NCBI GenBank assembly: GCA_045047305.1
Contig: JASFYO010000010.1
Coordinates: forward strand, 1 to 64,000
Source: Planctomycetota bacterium
GTDB lineage: Bacteria > Planctomycetota > UBA1135
Direction: 5' to 3'
DNA: 64,000 nt
Below the pieces are notes generated by a model. It did no database searches. It was not told the origin of the DNA and was given only the letters and a program-made list of their open reading frames with translations. The translations under genes and the position numbers were made by a program. This document shows, one piece after another, positions 39,804-49,913 of this stretch (position 1 is the first letter of the stretch; every line of letters starts with the position of its first letter).

Positions 39804-41670
39804 CGGCCCTTTCAGCCAGGGCTACAGCCTGTGGGGAGCCAGGAACCGGCCAGCGCTTACGGATGACCTGCTGCTCAAAGATGCCGATGGCTGAACTGGT
39901 AATCATGTACAACGACAGGCCAGCTGCGTAGTTGTACAAAATGAGGCCGAACATAACCGGCATGAAGGCCATCATTTTCTGCATTTGTGCTTGCTGCTTA
40001 TCCGCTGGCTTAGGCATGGAGCGTTGGTGCGTGACCCACAACACCACCATGATCAAAGGCAAGATGTTGAAGGTAGTGATGTTACTGAAAGGCCAGAAAC
40101 CAAGCACCGGGCCGGAAAACTGGATGAGAGCATCGGGCTTAGCTAAGTCATCAATCCAAAAGAAGAATGGTTCCTGCCGAATCAGAATGGAACTGCGCAA
40201 GGCTTGAAACAGACCGACAAAGATGGGCATCTGCAGGAACATCGGCAAGCAGCCTCCAATCGGCGGAGAAAGCTTGTGCTTCTGGTACATCTTCATGGTC
40301 TCCGCATTCTTCTTTTGCGAATCATTAGCGTACTTCTTATTAATGACTTCCAGTTGCGGCTTCACCTTGGCCATCTTGGCTTGATAAGCCGCCATTTTGA
40401 CCTGGCTATGACGCATAATCGGGAACACTGCAGCCTTCACGACAATAGTCAACAGAATAATAGCCAACCCCCAATTCCCGACTAGGGTATGGAAGAAGGA
40501 CATAATCCACAAAATGATCGGCGCGATATAAGCGGTGCCAAACATACGGTAGAAAAAGGAGCGTCCGTAATCTGCGTAATGGATGACTTCTGACATTTCA
40601 CCGTAAAGGCTTTCTGTCATGATGCGCGTATCCTTTGGACCGAAATACCAGCGGAACTGTTGACGCTCTGCCGTATCCGCCGCCGAAAGGTGCATGGTGA
40701 ATCCGCCTGCAACCGAAGCGCGGCCCCAATACTCCGACGCAGGGTTGGTGACGACAGGTTCGCCATTGGCGTTCTCCATGTCGTTACTGAATTGGAGGTC
40801 ATCAAACAGGACCTCCGCCACAGCACCATCGAAACCGCGATCTCCAAGCGCCTCGATGCCAGAAAGGAAGTACTTCGATCCTTCTACCACGAAAGGAATC
40901 CCAGTTGCTGTCCAGCGCTGAGCTACCGCGCGGTTTTCCCGAGGCTTCCCATTCGGAAGCATGAAGTCGACTTCATCCAGTTGGCCATACTCGCGCAAAC
41001 CAACGCCAACGTATGGGTTGGGGTAAAATTTATCCGCAGTCATGCGAATACCCCCTCCAGTAGACAACTCAAACGTGACGTCGCGACCAATCGAAACTTG
41101 GTCATGCGGAATGACCGTGACTTCCGCATCAAAGTGATAAACCCCTGGATCGAGGCGCATTTTTTTGATGACGGTAACCGCCGCGGGACTCTCCCAAGTG
41201 AAAGTCATGGCATTATGCTCAGCATCGAAGTCCACATCCCAAGTAACCGAATCCAAGTTCTTCTTCACCCCAGTTTCCTGGTTCGAAGGAATCAAGAAAT
41301 CTGAGGACTCAAGCAGGCGGAATGCATCGCGACGGCGATAATCATTCAATCCGACACCAGGTTTTTCTTCGACCCAGTGGGCATCGTAAACCACCAACCA
41401 GTCTTGGTCAGTGACCTCGCCTTCATGTAGATCTTTGGTGAATTGCTTCAGCAAGACCCGGCCGCAAGAAGCGCCGGTAGCACTCCATTCGGAGCGGATG
41501 AACTCGTTCTCCAACACCAACGGGTATTCCGCTGGCGCAGGCACTTCGAAGCTCTCAAGCCATTTGGCTTGCTGTTTGGTTTGTTCCGGAGTCTTGTCCG
41601 GAACACACTGCTGCATGATGAAGACCGCGACGAGTCCCCAAAGTGCAATGGTTAAGATGCGTTTTCCCAT
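39790..41670 (-). CDS. yidC: Membrane protein insertase YidC
   Basis: Large periplasmic domain, FGPK, NWGLAII, GGCLPMFLQMPIF, WIDDL..PD, AGLSLY. Confidence 0.95.
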   Translation of the reverse strand: MGKRILTIALWGLVAVFIMQQCVPDKTPEQTKQQAKWLESFEVPAPAEYPLVLENEFIRSEWSATGASCGRVLLKQFTKDLHEGEVTDQDWLVVYDAHWVEEKPGVGLNDYRRRDAFRLLESSDFLIPSNQETGVKKNLDSVTWDVDFDAEHNAMTFTWESPAAVTVIKKMRLDPGVYHFDAEVTVIPHDQVSIGRDVTFELSTGGGIRMTADKFYPNPYVGVGLREYGQLDEVDFMLPNGKPRENRAVAQRWTATGIPFVVEGSKYFLSGIEALGDRGFDGAVAEVLFDDLQFSNDMENANGEPVVTNPASEYWGRASVAGGFTMHLSAADTAERQQFRWYFGPKDTRIMTESLYGEMSEVIHYADYGRSFFYRMFGTAYIAPIILWIMSFFHTLVGNWGLAIILLTIVVKAAVFPIMRHSQVKMAAYQAKMAKVKPQLEVINKKYANDSQKKNAETMKMYQKHKLSPPIGGCLPMFLQMPIFVGLFQALRSSILIRQEPFFFWIDDLAKPDALIQFSGPVLGFWPFSNITTFNILPLIMVVLWVTHQRSMPKPADKQQAQMQKMMAFMPVMFGLILYNYAAGLSLYMITSSAIGIFEQQVIRKRWPVPGSPQAVALAERAGAKS

Positions 41671-41701
41671 GGTGGAAAGCTATGTTGATTTCGTGATTGA
41701 C

Positions 41702-42466
41702 CTAACGGCCAACAATCAGACGTGCCGCCAAGGTGTCAGGAAGCCCAGCTTCTTGAATCCGCGTGGCAGCTTTTTGGTGATCGTATTCAAGGCGACGCCA
41801 ACGCAGGCTTTCCCCATCAAAAAGGGTGTAGCACAAACGTGGGTCTCCATCGCGGGGCTGCCCCACCGAGCCAACATTGACTAAGTAGCGCTTATCCGCT
41901 TTAAGTTTTAGGGTGGCGTCGTGGCCTACCGCCTTTTCAAATTCTTGGCCTTCCTCAAACCAACCAGGATGGTGGGTATGTCCGTAAAAAGTCAAACGAT
42001 GATGCGCCGCCTTGAAGTTGGCCACCACGCGCTCACTGTTCCCGGCCAAGGTTGGCATGAGGTATTCCGCAAGTGGTTCGCGCGGAGAAGCGTGCACGAT
42101 TTGCATCGACTCGTAGCCATTGGGCGACAATTCCATCGACGGCACTAGAGAACCCAACCAATCCCAGATCGGCCAATGCTCTTCTTTTTCCGGATCGAGT
42201 TTTTGCCGGGTCCAATCAATCGCACGCAGGGCGCGTTCGTTGAAACCGATGGCATCTTGGTCATCAAGCAAGGCGGCATCGTGATTACCCTGGAGACAAA
42301 CACTGCAGTGCTCTTGCACCAAGCGACAAACCTCATACGGCGCAGCGCCGTAGCCAATGACATCGCCTAGGCAGACGATAGTATCGACACCCAATGACTC
42401 AATGTCATGGAGTGCCGTCTCCAACGCTTCTTGGTTGGAGTGCAGATCGGAGATGAAAGCAATCAA
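41702..42466 (-). CDS. Calcineurin-like metallophosphoesterase
   Basis: SDLHSN, GDVIGYG, GNHD, GHTH, NVGSVGQPRDGDPR. Confidence 0.9.
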   Translation of the reverse strand: MIAFISDLHSNQEALETALHDIESLGVDTIVCLGDVIGYGAAPYEVCRLVQEHCSVCLQGNHDAALLDDQDAIGFNERALRAIDWTRQKLDPEKEEHWPIWDWLGSLVPSMELSPNGYESMQIVHASPREPLAEYLMPTLAGNSERVVANFKAAHHRLTFYGHTHHPGWFEEGQEFEKAVGHDATLKLKADKRYLVNVGSVGQPRDGDPRLCYTLFDGESLRWRRLEYDHQKAATRIQEAGLPDTLAARLIVGR

Positions 42467-42530
42467 GGGGTTTCACTAACCAGGGCTTCCGCCGAAGTCA
42501 GATGGGCAGTATTCTCGTTCCCCTGTCTAC

Positions 42531-43511
42531 TTGTCGCAACCCGTCATGAAACTAACTCGCCCATCTTTACTTTTTTGCCTTATTTCGGCCCTCACAAGCC
42601 CAATTTTCGCCCAAGACGAGAAGCCCAAGCCCCCGTTGCCGGCCGATGTCGCCGCCATCGTCGACGGCGAGCCCATTTTGCAGGCGGAATATGAGCATTT
42701 CCTATATCAGAGTTTTGGCAAACGCCCGCTACATCAGTTGATTGATCAGCGCCTGGTCCTCGCTGCCGGCAAGCTCTACGGCATTCAGATCTCCGCCGAG
42801 GCGCAGCAGACCATTTTCGAGGAACGTTTGCTCCAAGCCCACCAAGGGCGCAGCGAAGAGCAGTTTCTGATTTCTCTAAGCGATGGTGGACTCAGCATCG
42901 AACTATTTGAATCGAATACGCGGCTTGAAATTGTGCAAGAACTCACTTTGGATGCATTGGTGCGCCAAACCCGGGTCCCCACCGATGTGCGCCTGAACAA
43001 AGCCTTCGAGGCTCAATACGGAGCTGGCGGAGTCAAGGTTGAAGTGAGCCATATCCTGGTCATGCCTCACTTCCTCCGCGCCAACCTCATCAAAGCAGGA
43101 GCCGATGCGCGCAGCATTGACAATGCCAAGATGAAAATTGATGCTGAACGCCTTGCAGGTGAATGCCACGACAAGCTGGTTGCAGGTGCGGATTTCAAAA
43201 CCATGGTTGCCGAATATTCACACGACCAAGTTTCCCTGCGGTCGGATGGTCTGTTGCCGAGTTATCGCCCGGGCCTTTATGGACCAGAATTCACCCAAGC
43301 AGTGGCTAGCCTAGAGCCGGGAGAGTTTTCCAAAGTGATTGAATCCGGTGCTGGATTTCACGTAGTCAAACTGATTTCTCGTCAGGTGACCAAGTTTGAG
43401 CAGGTGCGTTCTGCCCTCATCGAAAAAGTCATGACCGCCGCTCCAACTTGGCAGGAGCGGGAAGAAGTACTGACCTCGCTACGTGCCGCTGCGGATATCC
43501 AACTTTGGTAG
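42531..43511 (+). CDS. Exported parvulin (PpiC-type) peptidyl-prolyl isomerase, PrsA/SurA-like
   Basis: Signal peptide; VSHILV, GADF..MVAEYSHD, LEPGEFSKVIES..GFHVVK. Start may be ATG 42546. Confidence 0.85.
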   Translation: MSQPVMKLTRPSLLFCLISALTSPIFAQDEKPKPPLPADVAAIVDGEPILQAEYEHFLYQSFGKRPLHQLIDQRLVLAAGKLYGIQISAEAQQTIFEERLLQAHQGRSEEQFLISLSDGGLSIELFESNTRLEIVQELTLDALVRQTRVPTDVRLNKAFEAQYGAGGVKVEVSHILVMPHFLRANLIKAGADARSIDNAKMKIDAERLAGECHDKLVAGADFKTMVAEYSHDQVSLRSDGLLPSYRPGLYGPEFTQAVASLEPGEFSKVIESGAGFHVVKLISRQVTKFEQVRSALIEKVMTAAPTWQEREEVLTSLRAAADIQLW

Positions 43512-43557
43512 TCCAAGCAGCAAACCGACGGGTGCCTGCAGGCTCCTTCCGGAATGG

Positions 43558-44163
43558 CTAAACCGGGCCCAGTAGCCCGAATTCACGCATCAAGGCGACC
43601 ACCGGCTGAGGCAGACAAGGCGGCACTAAGCCTTGATTCAAGGCAGCGCGTACTTCGGTAGAGCTAGCCGGCACTTCTTTCATGGGGAGAAACTGGGCAC
43701 GAAAAAACTCGGCCAAGGGCGTAGGCAAAGCATGCGTAAAAGGAGCTAGTTTTTCCACCCCCCAACCAATTCGCGGTACAAATAAGAATTGCACGCGCTG
43801 GAAAAGTTCTGCCAAATCGCGCCAAGTGGACAGATGAGACAAAGAGTCGCCACCGAGCAGGAAGTAAAGGTCGACGCCTGGATACTGCGCCTCCAACTCG
43901 CGCAAAGTATCTACGGTGTAGGACAACCCTTCGCGCTCCAGCTCCATGGTGCAGACTTCCTCACCAGGGCGTTCATCCACCACTGCATGTAAAAAGGCAA
44001 CGCGTTGGGAGGCATCGGCCGGAGGGTAATCGGGCTTATGTGGAGCCTGACGAGAAGGAATCCACAAGATCTTCTGCGGCTGCAACACCTTCTGCGCAGC
44101 ATCGGCCATCGCAATGTGACCGTCGTGCACAGGGTCAAAAGAGCCGCCGAAGACAATCAACAT
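43558..44163 (-). CDS. nadD: Nicotinate-nucleotide adenylyltransferase
   Basis: FGGSFDPVHDGH, PHK, SYTVDTL, GGDSL..W, SSTEVR. Confidence 0.93.
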   Translation of the reverse strand: MLIVFGGSFDPVHDGHIAMADAAQKVLQPQKILWIPSRQAPHKPDYPPADASQRVAFLHAVVDERPGEEVCTMELEREGLSYTVDTLRELEAQYPGVDLYFLLGGDSLSHLSTWRDLAELFQRVQFLFVPRIGWGVEKLAPFTHALPTPLAEFFRAQFLPMKEVPASSTEVRAALNQGLVPPCLPQPVVALMREFGLLGPV

Positions 44164-44165
44164 GC

Positions 44166-45500
44166 TTACACTCCGAGGGCTTCTTGCAGTACGGCGAGCA
44201 CCGCATCCTGCTCCACTTTGCGCTCGTGCTTTGCCACCAAATCCTTCATCACGATTTGATGTGCCTCGCGTTCATCCGCACCAAGCACCAGGGCAAATCC
44301 TGCGCCACTCTTCGAGGCTTCCTTAAACTGCGCCTTAGGTGATTTACCACGGTGATCCATTTCTACCCGAATCCCAGCCTGGCGCAAATCCGTCACGATT
44401 CGGAATAATTCCAAACGGTCTTCCTCAGCGATGCCGATGGCATAAACCTGTGGTAACAAATCGGTTTCCAAATCGAGTAAATCTTTGGCGTGCGGCAATC
44501 CGAGCTCTTTCAACGCCAGTTCGGTTGGCGTAAAGCCAACCGAGAATCCAACACCTGGAGTCGGCTTACCGCCCATTTCCTCGACTAAACCGTCGTAGCG
44601 TCCACCACCGCATAAGGCCGAACGTGCTCCAAGCGGAGGATAATGCACCTCAAATACGGTACGCGAATAGTAATCCAAGCCACGCACAATGCTGCGGTCT
44701 TCCACTGGCTCAAAGCCAATCGCACGCAAAGAATTGCCAAAGTCCTCATGGTGCTGCTTAGCTTCGGCGCCCATCACCGAAAATAAATCTGGAGCACCGG
44801 CGTTCCGTTCGACACAACGTGGCACCTTGCAATCCAATAGGCGGAAGACATTGCGCGCATAACGGGTTACGCAATCATTGCAGCGGTCGCTAGTTTCGCC
44901 CATAAATTGGTCGGCGAAAAATGCGCGCAATTGGTCACTCCAAACAGCGCGATCTTGCGCATCGCCCATCGAATTCACCCGCACCTCAAGCTGCTCATCG
45001 AACCCTAGCGCGCGGAAAAATTGCAGCGCGATGCCGACCACCTCGGCATCCAATGTTGGGCTTTGCGGGCCAAAGGCCTCGACTCCAAACTGGGTGAACT
45101 GACGCTCACGCCCTTTCTGCGGGCGTTCATAGCGGAACATGGGACCAATATAGAACCACTTTTGCAGCGGCGCGCTCTTGGCGAATCCACCTTGAATATA
45201 GGCCCGAGCAATGCTGGCGGTATTCTCGGGGCGAAATGTGTAGCCGTCGGCCAAATTCAGCTCAGCTCCAGGAGCGCCTCGTTTGGGCACGCTGAACATC
45301 TCCTTAGCCACCACATCTGAGGTTTCGCCCAAAGAACGCTGAAAAAGGCGGGTTTCCTCAAATAAGGGGGTGCGAATTTCGCGATATGAGGCAGCCGACG
45401 CCACCTTTTGCGCTACACGCTCCAAATGCCGCACAAGAACTAGGTCCTGAGGCAGCAAATCGCGGGTACCACGGGCGTTACGGAAGGGCTCGGCGCTCAT
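44166..45500 (-). CDS. hisS: Histidine--tRNA ligase
   Basis: RGTRD, RPENTA, FRYERPQKGR.RQF.QFGVE, VRGLDYY, GGGRYDGL. Confidence 0.96.
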   Translation of the reverse strand: MSAEPFRNARGTRDLLPQDLVLVRHLERVAQKVASAASYREIRTPLFEETRLFQRSLGETSDVVAKEMFSVPKRGAPGAELNLADGYTFRPENTASIARAYIQGGFAKSAPLQKWFYIGPMFRYERPQKGRERQFTQFGVEAFGPQSPTLDAEVVGIALQFFRALGFDEQLEVRVNSMGDAQDRAVWSDQLRAFFADQFMGETSDRCNDCVTRYARNVFRLLDCKVPRCVERNAGAPDLFSVMGAEAKQHHEDFGNSLRAIGFEPVEDRSIVRGLDYYSRTVFEVHYPPLGARSALCGGGRYDGLVEEMGGKPTPGVGFSVGFTPTELALKELGLPHAKDLLDLETDLLPQVYAIGIAEEDRLELFRIVTDLRQAGIRVEMDHRGKSPKAQFKEASKSGAGFALVLGADEREAHQIVMKDLVAKHERKVEQDAVLAVLQEALGV

Positions 45501-45531
45501 AATCAGATGCAAGGATAACGCCTCCCGGCGA

Positions 45532-45560
45532 TTGACGAGACTTCCCGCCCCTCCTAACCT
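45532..45560 (+). promoter_or_regulatory. Sigma70-type promoter
   Basis: TTGACG-17 bp-TAACCT upstream of the lipoprotein gene at 45594. Confidence 0.6.
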
Positions 45561-45593
45561 TATGCCGTCCCGTTTCCTACCCGGAACCCGAAC

Positions 45594-45971
45594 ATGTCCC
45601 GCACTCTGACCGCACTTCTCGTACTCCTCGGCCTAGGCCTAGGTTCTTGCTCCAGTAGCCCTTCTTCTACGGAGCTTGGTATCAATCCAGATGTCGATAC
45701 CAGTCATTTCAATCCACGCCCACGCGGTATGCATGGAAGTGGCGTTGCCTTCGATAAGTACTTCCTTGCAAGTGAAGAAATTGGGCCTGCCCACCGTGAC
45801 ACCTGGTACCACGTCTTTACTCCATGGAATTGGGGCAAGCAGTCATCCTTCGGCAATGTTACCAAGCGTACCAACCGCTCACGCACAAGCTCAATTGAGC
45901 GTGATAATGGTTTCTATGAGTTCTATAGCTGGGCGATGAACGAAAACGCCAACGACCCCTACAACGACTAA
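45594..45971 (+). CDS. Small hypothetical lipoprotein
   Basis: Lipobox LGSC; flanked by its own promoter and terminator. Confidence 0.72.
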   Translation: MSRTLTALLVLLGLGLGSCSSSPSSTELGINPDVDTSHFNPRPRGMHGSGVAFDKYFLASEEIGPAHRDTWYHVFTPWNWGKQSSFGNVTKRTNRSRTSSIERDNGFYEFYSWAMNENANDPYND

Positions 45972-45990
45972 GCTCCCAGCCTTCTTGGAT

Positions 45991-46019
45991 AAACCCCGCA
46001 GCTTCTGCTGTGGGGTTTT
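45991..46019 (+). terminator. Rho-independent terminator
   Basis: AAACCCCGCAGC-TTCT-GCTGTGGGGTTTT hairpin 20 nt after the stop codon. Confidence 0.75.
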
Positions 46020-46050
46020 CTCATGGGCAAGCTGCGGATAGTGTCGGGGT

Positions 46051-46719
46051 ATGCGTTTTACTCTCCTTACCATCCTCGTGCTAGGCCTTAGCTTTGCCTG
46101 CCTTCCGGATTTCTCAGCCAATGTTTCCGCGCAAGAACCAGAATCATCCGATTCTTCTGCAGGCCAAGATCTTTCTGTTGAGATTGCCACCCTCAAGCGC
46201 GATTTGTCGGTTGCGCGGTTACGCATGGAAAACTTACTTAGCGAGCAAGAACTTACACGGCTTCAAACCGAAATCGCACATAGCGATGCAGTTTCTGACT
46301 TGCAAGAGTACAACGTCTATGCGAGGGAAGCATCGGTACAGCAAGCGGAACTGGATTTGCAATATTCCAAGGATGAGTTAGCGGATGCCGAGGAGGAATT
46401 ACGCCAACTTGGCATGATGTACGACAGAAATAACCTTGCTGATTCCACAGCACAGATTGTCATGGAACGCGGGAATCGTGGAATCGAACGTCAGCGCAAA
46501 GCTTTAGAACTTGCTACCAAGGAGCACGCAAACTGGATTCAATATGGTCTCCCTCGAGAACTCGCTGAGAAAAAAAATGCCGAGATCGTAGCAACGGCAG
46601 AATTGAACCTCATGTTTCTCGCGCAAACTTTGGCGCTGAAGGAGATGGAAAATACCATTTCTGACTTAGAGAAAAGCATCAAGAAACTGGAATCCGAATC
46701 GGTGGAGTCGGGAGATTGA
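46051..46719 (+). CDS. Exported coiled-coil protein
   Basis: Signal peptide; heptad-rich helical sequence. Confidence 0.7.
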   Translation: MRFTLLTILVLGLSFACLPDFSANVSAQEPESSDSSAGQDLSVEIATLKRDLSVARLRMENLLSEQELTRLQTEIAHSDAVSDLQEYNVYAREASVQQAELDLQYSKDELADAEEELRQLGMMYDRNNLADSTAQIVMERGNRGIERQRKALELATKEHANWIQYGLPRELAEKKNAEIVATAELNLMFLAQTLALKEMENTISDLEKSIKKLESESVESGD

Positions 46720-47855
46720 TTGCCATCATCTTGACTCTGGCGCAAGCGGTAACCCTGGCACCAGCGACCAATGAAGCCATCGTCACAGCCAGAAAAGTAA
46801 TTGTAGACGGCGCCGGTTTTCTCATCGAAACACAAAACGCCAATGGCTCTTGGGGCGGACCACAGACGCCAATGATTTACGATCGATACTGGAGTAATCC
46901 GGAAACCCATCGTTCTTGGCAGATTGCCACCACCGGTCTAGCAGTGATGGCTCTCATCGACCTACCCGAAGATGCCAATGCACGCGCTGCCGTGGATCAT
47001 GGTATCGACTACATCACCAGTGGGAGCAAACTAAAGCGTCCAAACGGATGGGATAGCGACAACACTTGGGGTTATGTGTATGGATTGGCGGCCATGGTCA
47101 AGGCCGCTCAGGACCAGCGTTTAGGTCAAGGAACACGACACATTGCGATTGCGGTAAAAGGCAAAGAATTCCTTCAGCAGATTTGGGACTACCAAGCTCC
47201 GAATGGCGGTTGGGCCTACTACGCTATGGATACCGGGGCAGCGCGTCCGAGCTGGGGCACCTCGTTTATGACGGGAGTTGCAGTCCTTGCGATCCTCGAT
47301 GCCAAGGCGCTCGGTTGGGAAATTGAGGAGAAGCGACTTACGGCTGGCATTCGCGCCATCGTCCATTGCCGGCTTCCAGATGGCTCCTACACCTACGACG
47401 TCAACCCAATTTCAGCCTGGGATGCGGGCACTGGCATTGACCGAGTGCGTGGTTCTCTATCCCGTATCCAGGTGTGTAATCTTGCTTTAGCACGCGCCAA
47501 GGATGCAGGTTATGAAACACCAATCACCGAAGCGGATCTCCAAGAAGGGCTAAGTTTATTGTTCCGCGAACATCACTACCTAGACATCGCCCGCGGACGT
47601 CCTTATCCGCATGAAGCTTTCCACTATAACTCAGGATACTTCTACCACTTTGGCCATTATTACGCGGGTTATGTACTACAAAGGTTGGGGCCGAAGGCTT
47701 GGGATCAACTTCTCCCTCCCTTGGTGCATGCAATTGCCAAAACCCAAAGCCAAGACGGAGCCATGATCGACTTCTTCATGAACGATTATGGGCGTCCATA
47801 CAGCACCGCATTTGGAATAGGCGGACTTATCCGCGCCACAACATTGGCGCCTTAA
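46716..47855 (+). CDS. Prenyltransferase/squalene-oxidase repeat (alpha/alpha-toroid) protein
   Basis: QW-like repeats QNANGSW, QAPNGGWAY, RLPDGSY, QSQDGA. Confidence 0.75.
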   Translation: MIAIILTLAQAVTLAPATNEAIVTARKVIVDGAGFLIETQNANGSWGGPQTPMIYDRYWSNPETHRSWQIATTGLAVMALIDLPEDANARAAVDHGIDYITSGSKLKRPNGWDSDNTWGYVYGLAAMVKAAQDQRLGQGTRHIAIAVKGKEFLQQIWDYQAPNGGWAYYAMDTGAARPSWGTSFMTGVAVLAILDAKALGWEIEEKRLTAGIRAIVHCRLPDGSYTYDVNPISAWDAGTGIDRVRGSLSRIQVCNLALARAKDAGYETPITEADLQEGLSLLFREHHYLDIARGRPYPHEAFHYNSGYFYHFGHYYAGYVLQRLGPKAWDQLLPPLVHAIAKTQSQDGAMIDFFMNDYGRPYSTAFGIGGLIRATTLAP

Positions 47856-48759
47856 GGTCTCCACGCCAAACCACCTGTTGCTGCGGTAATTTCTTGAGCT
47901 GAAAATGCGGGATTAAGTCTTCGGCTTGACAAGGAGTCGCATCCATTTGCAGGCCGCAACTCCAAGCGAGCCAACCAAGAATGGCCGCGGACGCAACACC
48001 TTGGGCGCGAAAGGCGCGCAAACTGGTATCACCGTGTCGTTTGGCTAGGCGCCGCCCATCCTCCCCCACGACCAGGGGTAGATGGGTAAAGGTAGGCATG
48101 GAATACCCCAATGCCGCTCCTAGCTGAATCTGACGCGCGGCAGAGCTCAGCAAATCATCTCCGCGCAAGACCTCTGTGACCCCCATGGCGACGTCATCCA
48201 CCACCACCGCTAGTTGATAAGCCGCTTGCCCATCACGTTTAAAAATAACGAAGTCGCCAAGTTCTTGTTGCACATGCATCTTGCATGTGCCGCGAAACCC
48301 ATCCTGGAAGCTCATGTTTCCGTCGGTCACCAAAAAACGGAAAGCGGCATTCTCGGTCTCAGCGGAAAGGTTTTTATCGCGGCAAGTCCCAGGGTAAATC
48401 GGGCCTTCTTCTCCGCTATGCGGCGCCGATGCAGCTAACTCCACTTCCTTGCGTGAGCAGGTGCAGGCATAAGCTAGTCCTCGCTGCAAAAGCTTGCGCA
48501 GAGCCTCAGCATAGGATTCCTGACGCTCACTCTGCCGCACAATCGGTCCATCCCAATCCAAGCCTAGCCACTCTAAATCAGCTAAGCATTCCAGCTCTGC
48601 ACCTGCTCGAATCCGCGGCCCATCTAGATCTTCGATGCGCATCAAGAGTCGTCCATCCTGCGAACGCACCGATAACCACGCCAACAAGAAACTGCGTGCA
48701 TTGCCTAAATGCAGTACACCGGTTGGACTTGGCGCCAAACGCCCCACGACCTCACTCAT
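47827..48759 (-). CDS. gluQ: Glutamyl-Q tRNA(Asp) synthetase
   Basis: GRLAPSPTG.LHLGN, RIEDLD, CTCSR, YPGTCR, YQLAVVVDD, RLAKRHG; no anticodon-binding domain. Confidence 0.92.
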   Translation of the reverse strand: MSEVVGRLAPSPTGVLHLGNARSFLLAWLSVRSQDGRLLMRIEDLDGPRIRAGAELECLADLEWLGLDWDGPIVRQSERQESYAEALRKLLQRGLAYACTCSRKEVELAASAPHSGEEGPIYPGTCRDKNLSAETENAAFRFLVTDGNMSFQDGFRGTCKMHVQQELGDFVIFKRDGQAAYQLAVVVDDVAMGVTEVLRGDDLLSSAARQIQLGAALGYSMPTFTHLPLVVGEDGRRLAKRHGDTSLRAFRAQGVASAAILGWLAWSCGLQMDATPCQAEDLIPHFQLKKLPQQQVVWRGDLKAPMLWRG

Positions 48760-49901
48760 GAATCCGAGGTCCACTCCAACAGGAATTCTCGGGGAGTTTT
48801 CCCCTCGGAGGCAGCACGTTGCACCAAGCTTTCGAACTCTGGTTTAAGATTTTGCATCGCCTCTCCCTCCACGGCTGCGGCGCACTTCCATGGCAAGCCT
48901 TCCTTCTCCTCTACCCCACGTAGCTGACGCGAACGCTGCAAAACAGTCGCACGAATACCTAAGGTTCCAAGCAGGCGAAACATGCGTTGTTCCATTTTGC
49001 TTTGTTGCACAGCATCAACTTGCACGATGACTTCAAATGCTGGGCGCCCCTTCTTGGTTGCAGCCGGTAGAACATAAGCCTCCTTGGCTCCTAACGAACG
49101 AAGGTCCTCCAAGGCATGCCCCACGATTTCCCCTGATTGGTCATCCACCAAACTGCGCAATTCCACCACACATTCTTGCTCCAAAGCGGCAGTCTCTAAC
49201 TCCACGCGCAGAACATTGGGGTAATCCTCTGGGTCACGAGTACCTAATCCATAACCGACGCCTGCGCAAACCGCTGCACCGCGGGTGGAGCAATCTACCT
49301 CCCAGGCGCGGAGTAAAGCGACTCCGGTTGGGGTTGCACATTCTCCTTCTAAATCAAAACCACAGCTGGGATATCCTTCTAAAAGATAGCGCGTTGCGGG
49401 TGCGGGGATTGGCATCGCGCCGTGGGCACAGTGCACGGTTCCATGACCGACCGGAATGGGCGAGCAGAAGATCTCGGAGGGATCTAGCGCATCCATTAAT
49501 GCACAGGCTCCGGAAATATCCAAGATAGCGTCCATGGCCCCGACTTCGTGGAAGTGCACTTCTTGCGCAGAGCAGTTGTGCGCCTTGCCCTCGGCCTCAG
49601 CAAGCGCTTGGAAGGCTGCAACTGCCCACCGATGCGCACGTTGCGTGAGCGGTAACTGCTGCAGGATTGGAAGGACATCGGCGAGGTGTCGATGTCTATG
49701 TCCTTCCGTAATTTGCACGGAAAAGTAGTGCCCAGAAATACCACGCCGAACCTGCTTCTCCCAGGAAGCTTGCACTTCCTCAGCGGGTAAGGCTCCGAGT
49801 ATAGCCTGCAATGATTCAGGGGGTGCACCGGCATCCAACAAGCCGGCAATCAACATATCGCCGGCAACACCACCAAAGAGGTTGAGGTATATGCGCATCA
49901 T
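48756..49901 (-). CDS. larC: LarC-family nickel insertion protein
   Basis: GVAGDM, HRHRHL, AEAE..AH...VHFHEVGAMDAI, CAHG.MPIPAPAT, TPTG, KKGRP, KPEFE. Confidence 0.9.
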   Translation of the reverse strand: MMRIYLNLFGGVAGDMLIAGLLDAGAPPESLQAILGALPAEEVQASWEKQVRRGISGHYFSVQITEGHRHRHLADVLPILQQLPLTQRAHRWAVAAFQALAEAEGKAHNCSAQEVHFHEVGAMDAILDISGACALMDALDPSEIFCSPIPVGHGTVHCAHGAMPIPAPATRYLLEGYPSCGFDLEGECATPTGVALLRAWEVDCSTRGAAVCAGVGYGLGTRDPEDYPNVLRVELETAALEQECVVELRSLVDDQSGEIVGHALEDLRSLGAKEAYVLPAATKKGRPAFEVIVQVDAVQQSKMEQRMFRLLGTLGIRATVLQRSRQLRGVEEKEGLPWKCAAAVEGEAMQNLKPEFESLVQRAASEGKTPREFLLEWTSDS

Positions 49902-49913
49902 CTACGATTCTAC

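Noticed and set aside
38421..41700. oriC-proximal rpmH-rnpA-yidD-yidC-mnmE cluster or replication origin
   Set aside because: rpmH, rnpA, yidD and dnaA are absent, and there is no intergenic space with DnaA-box clusters.
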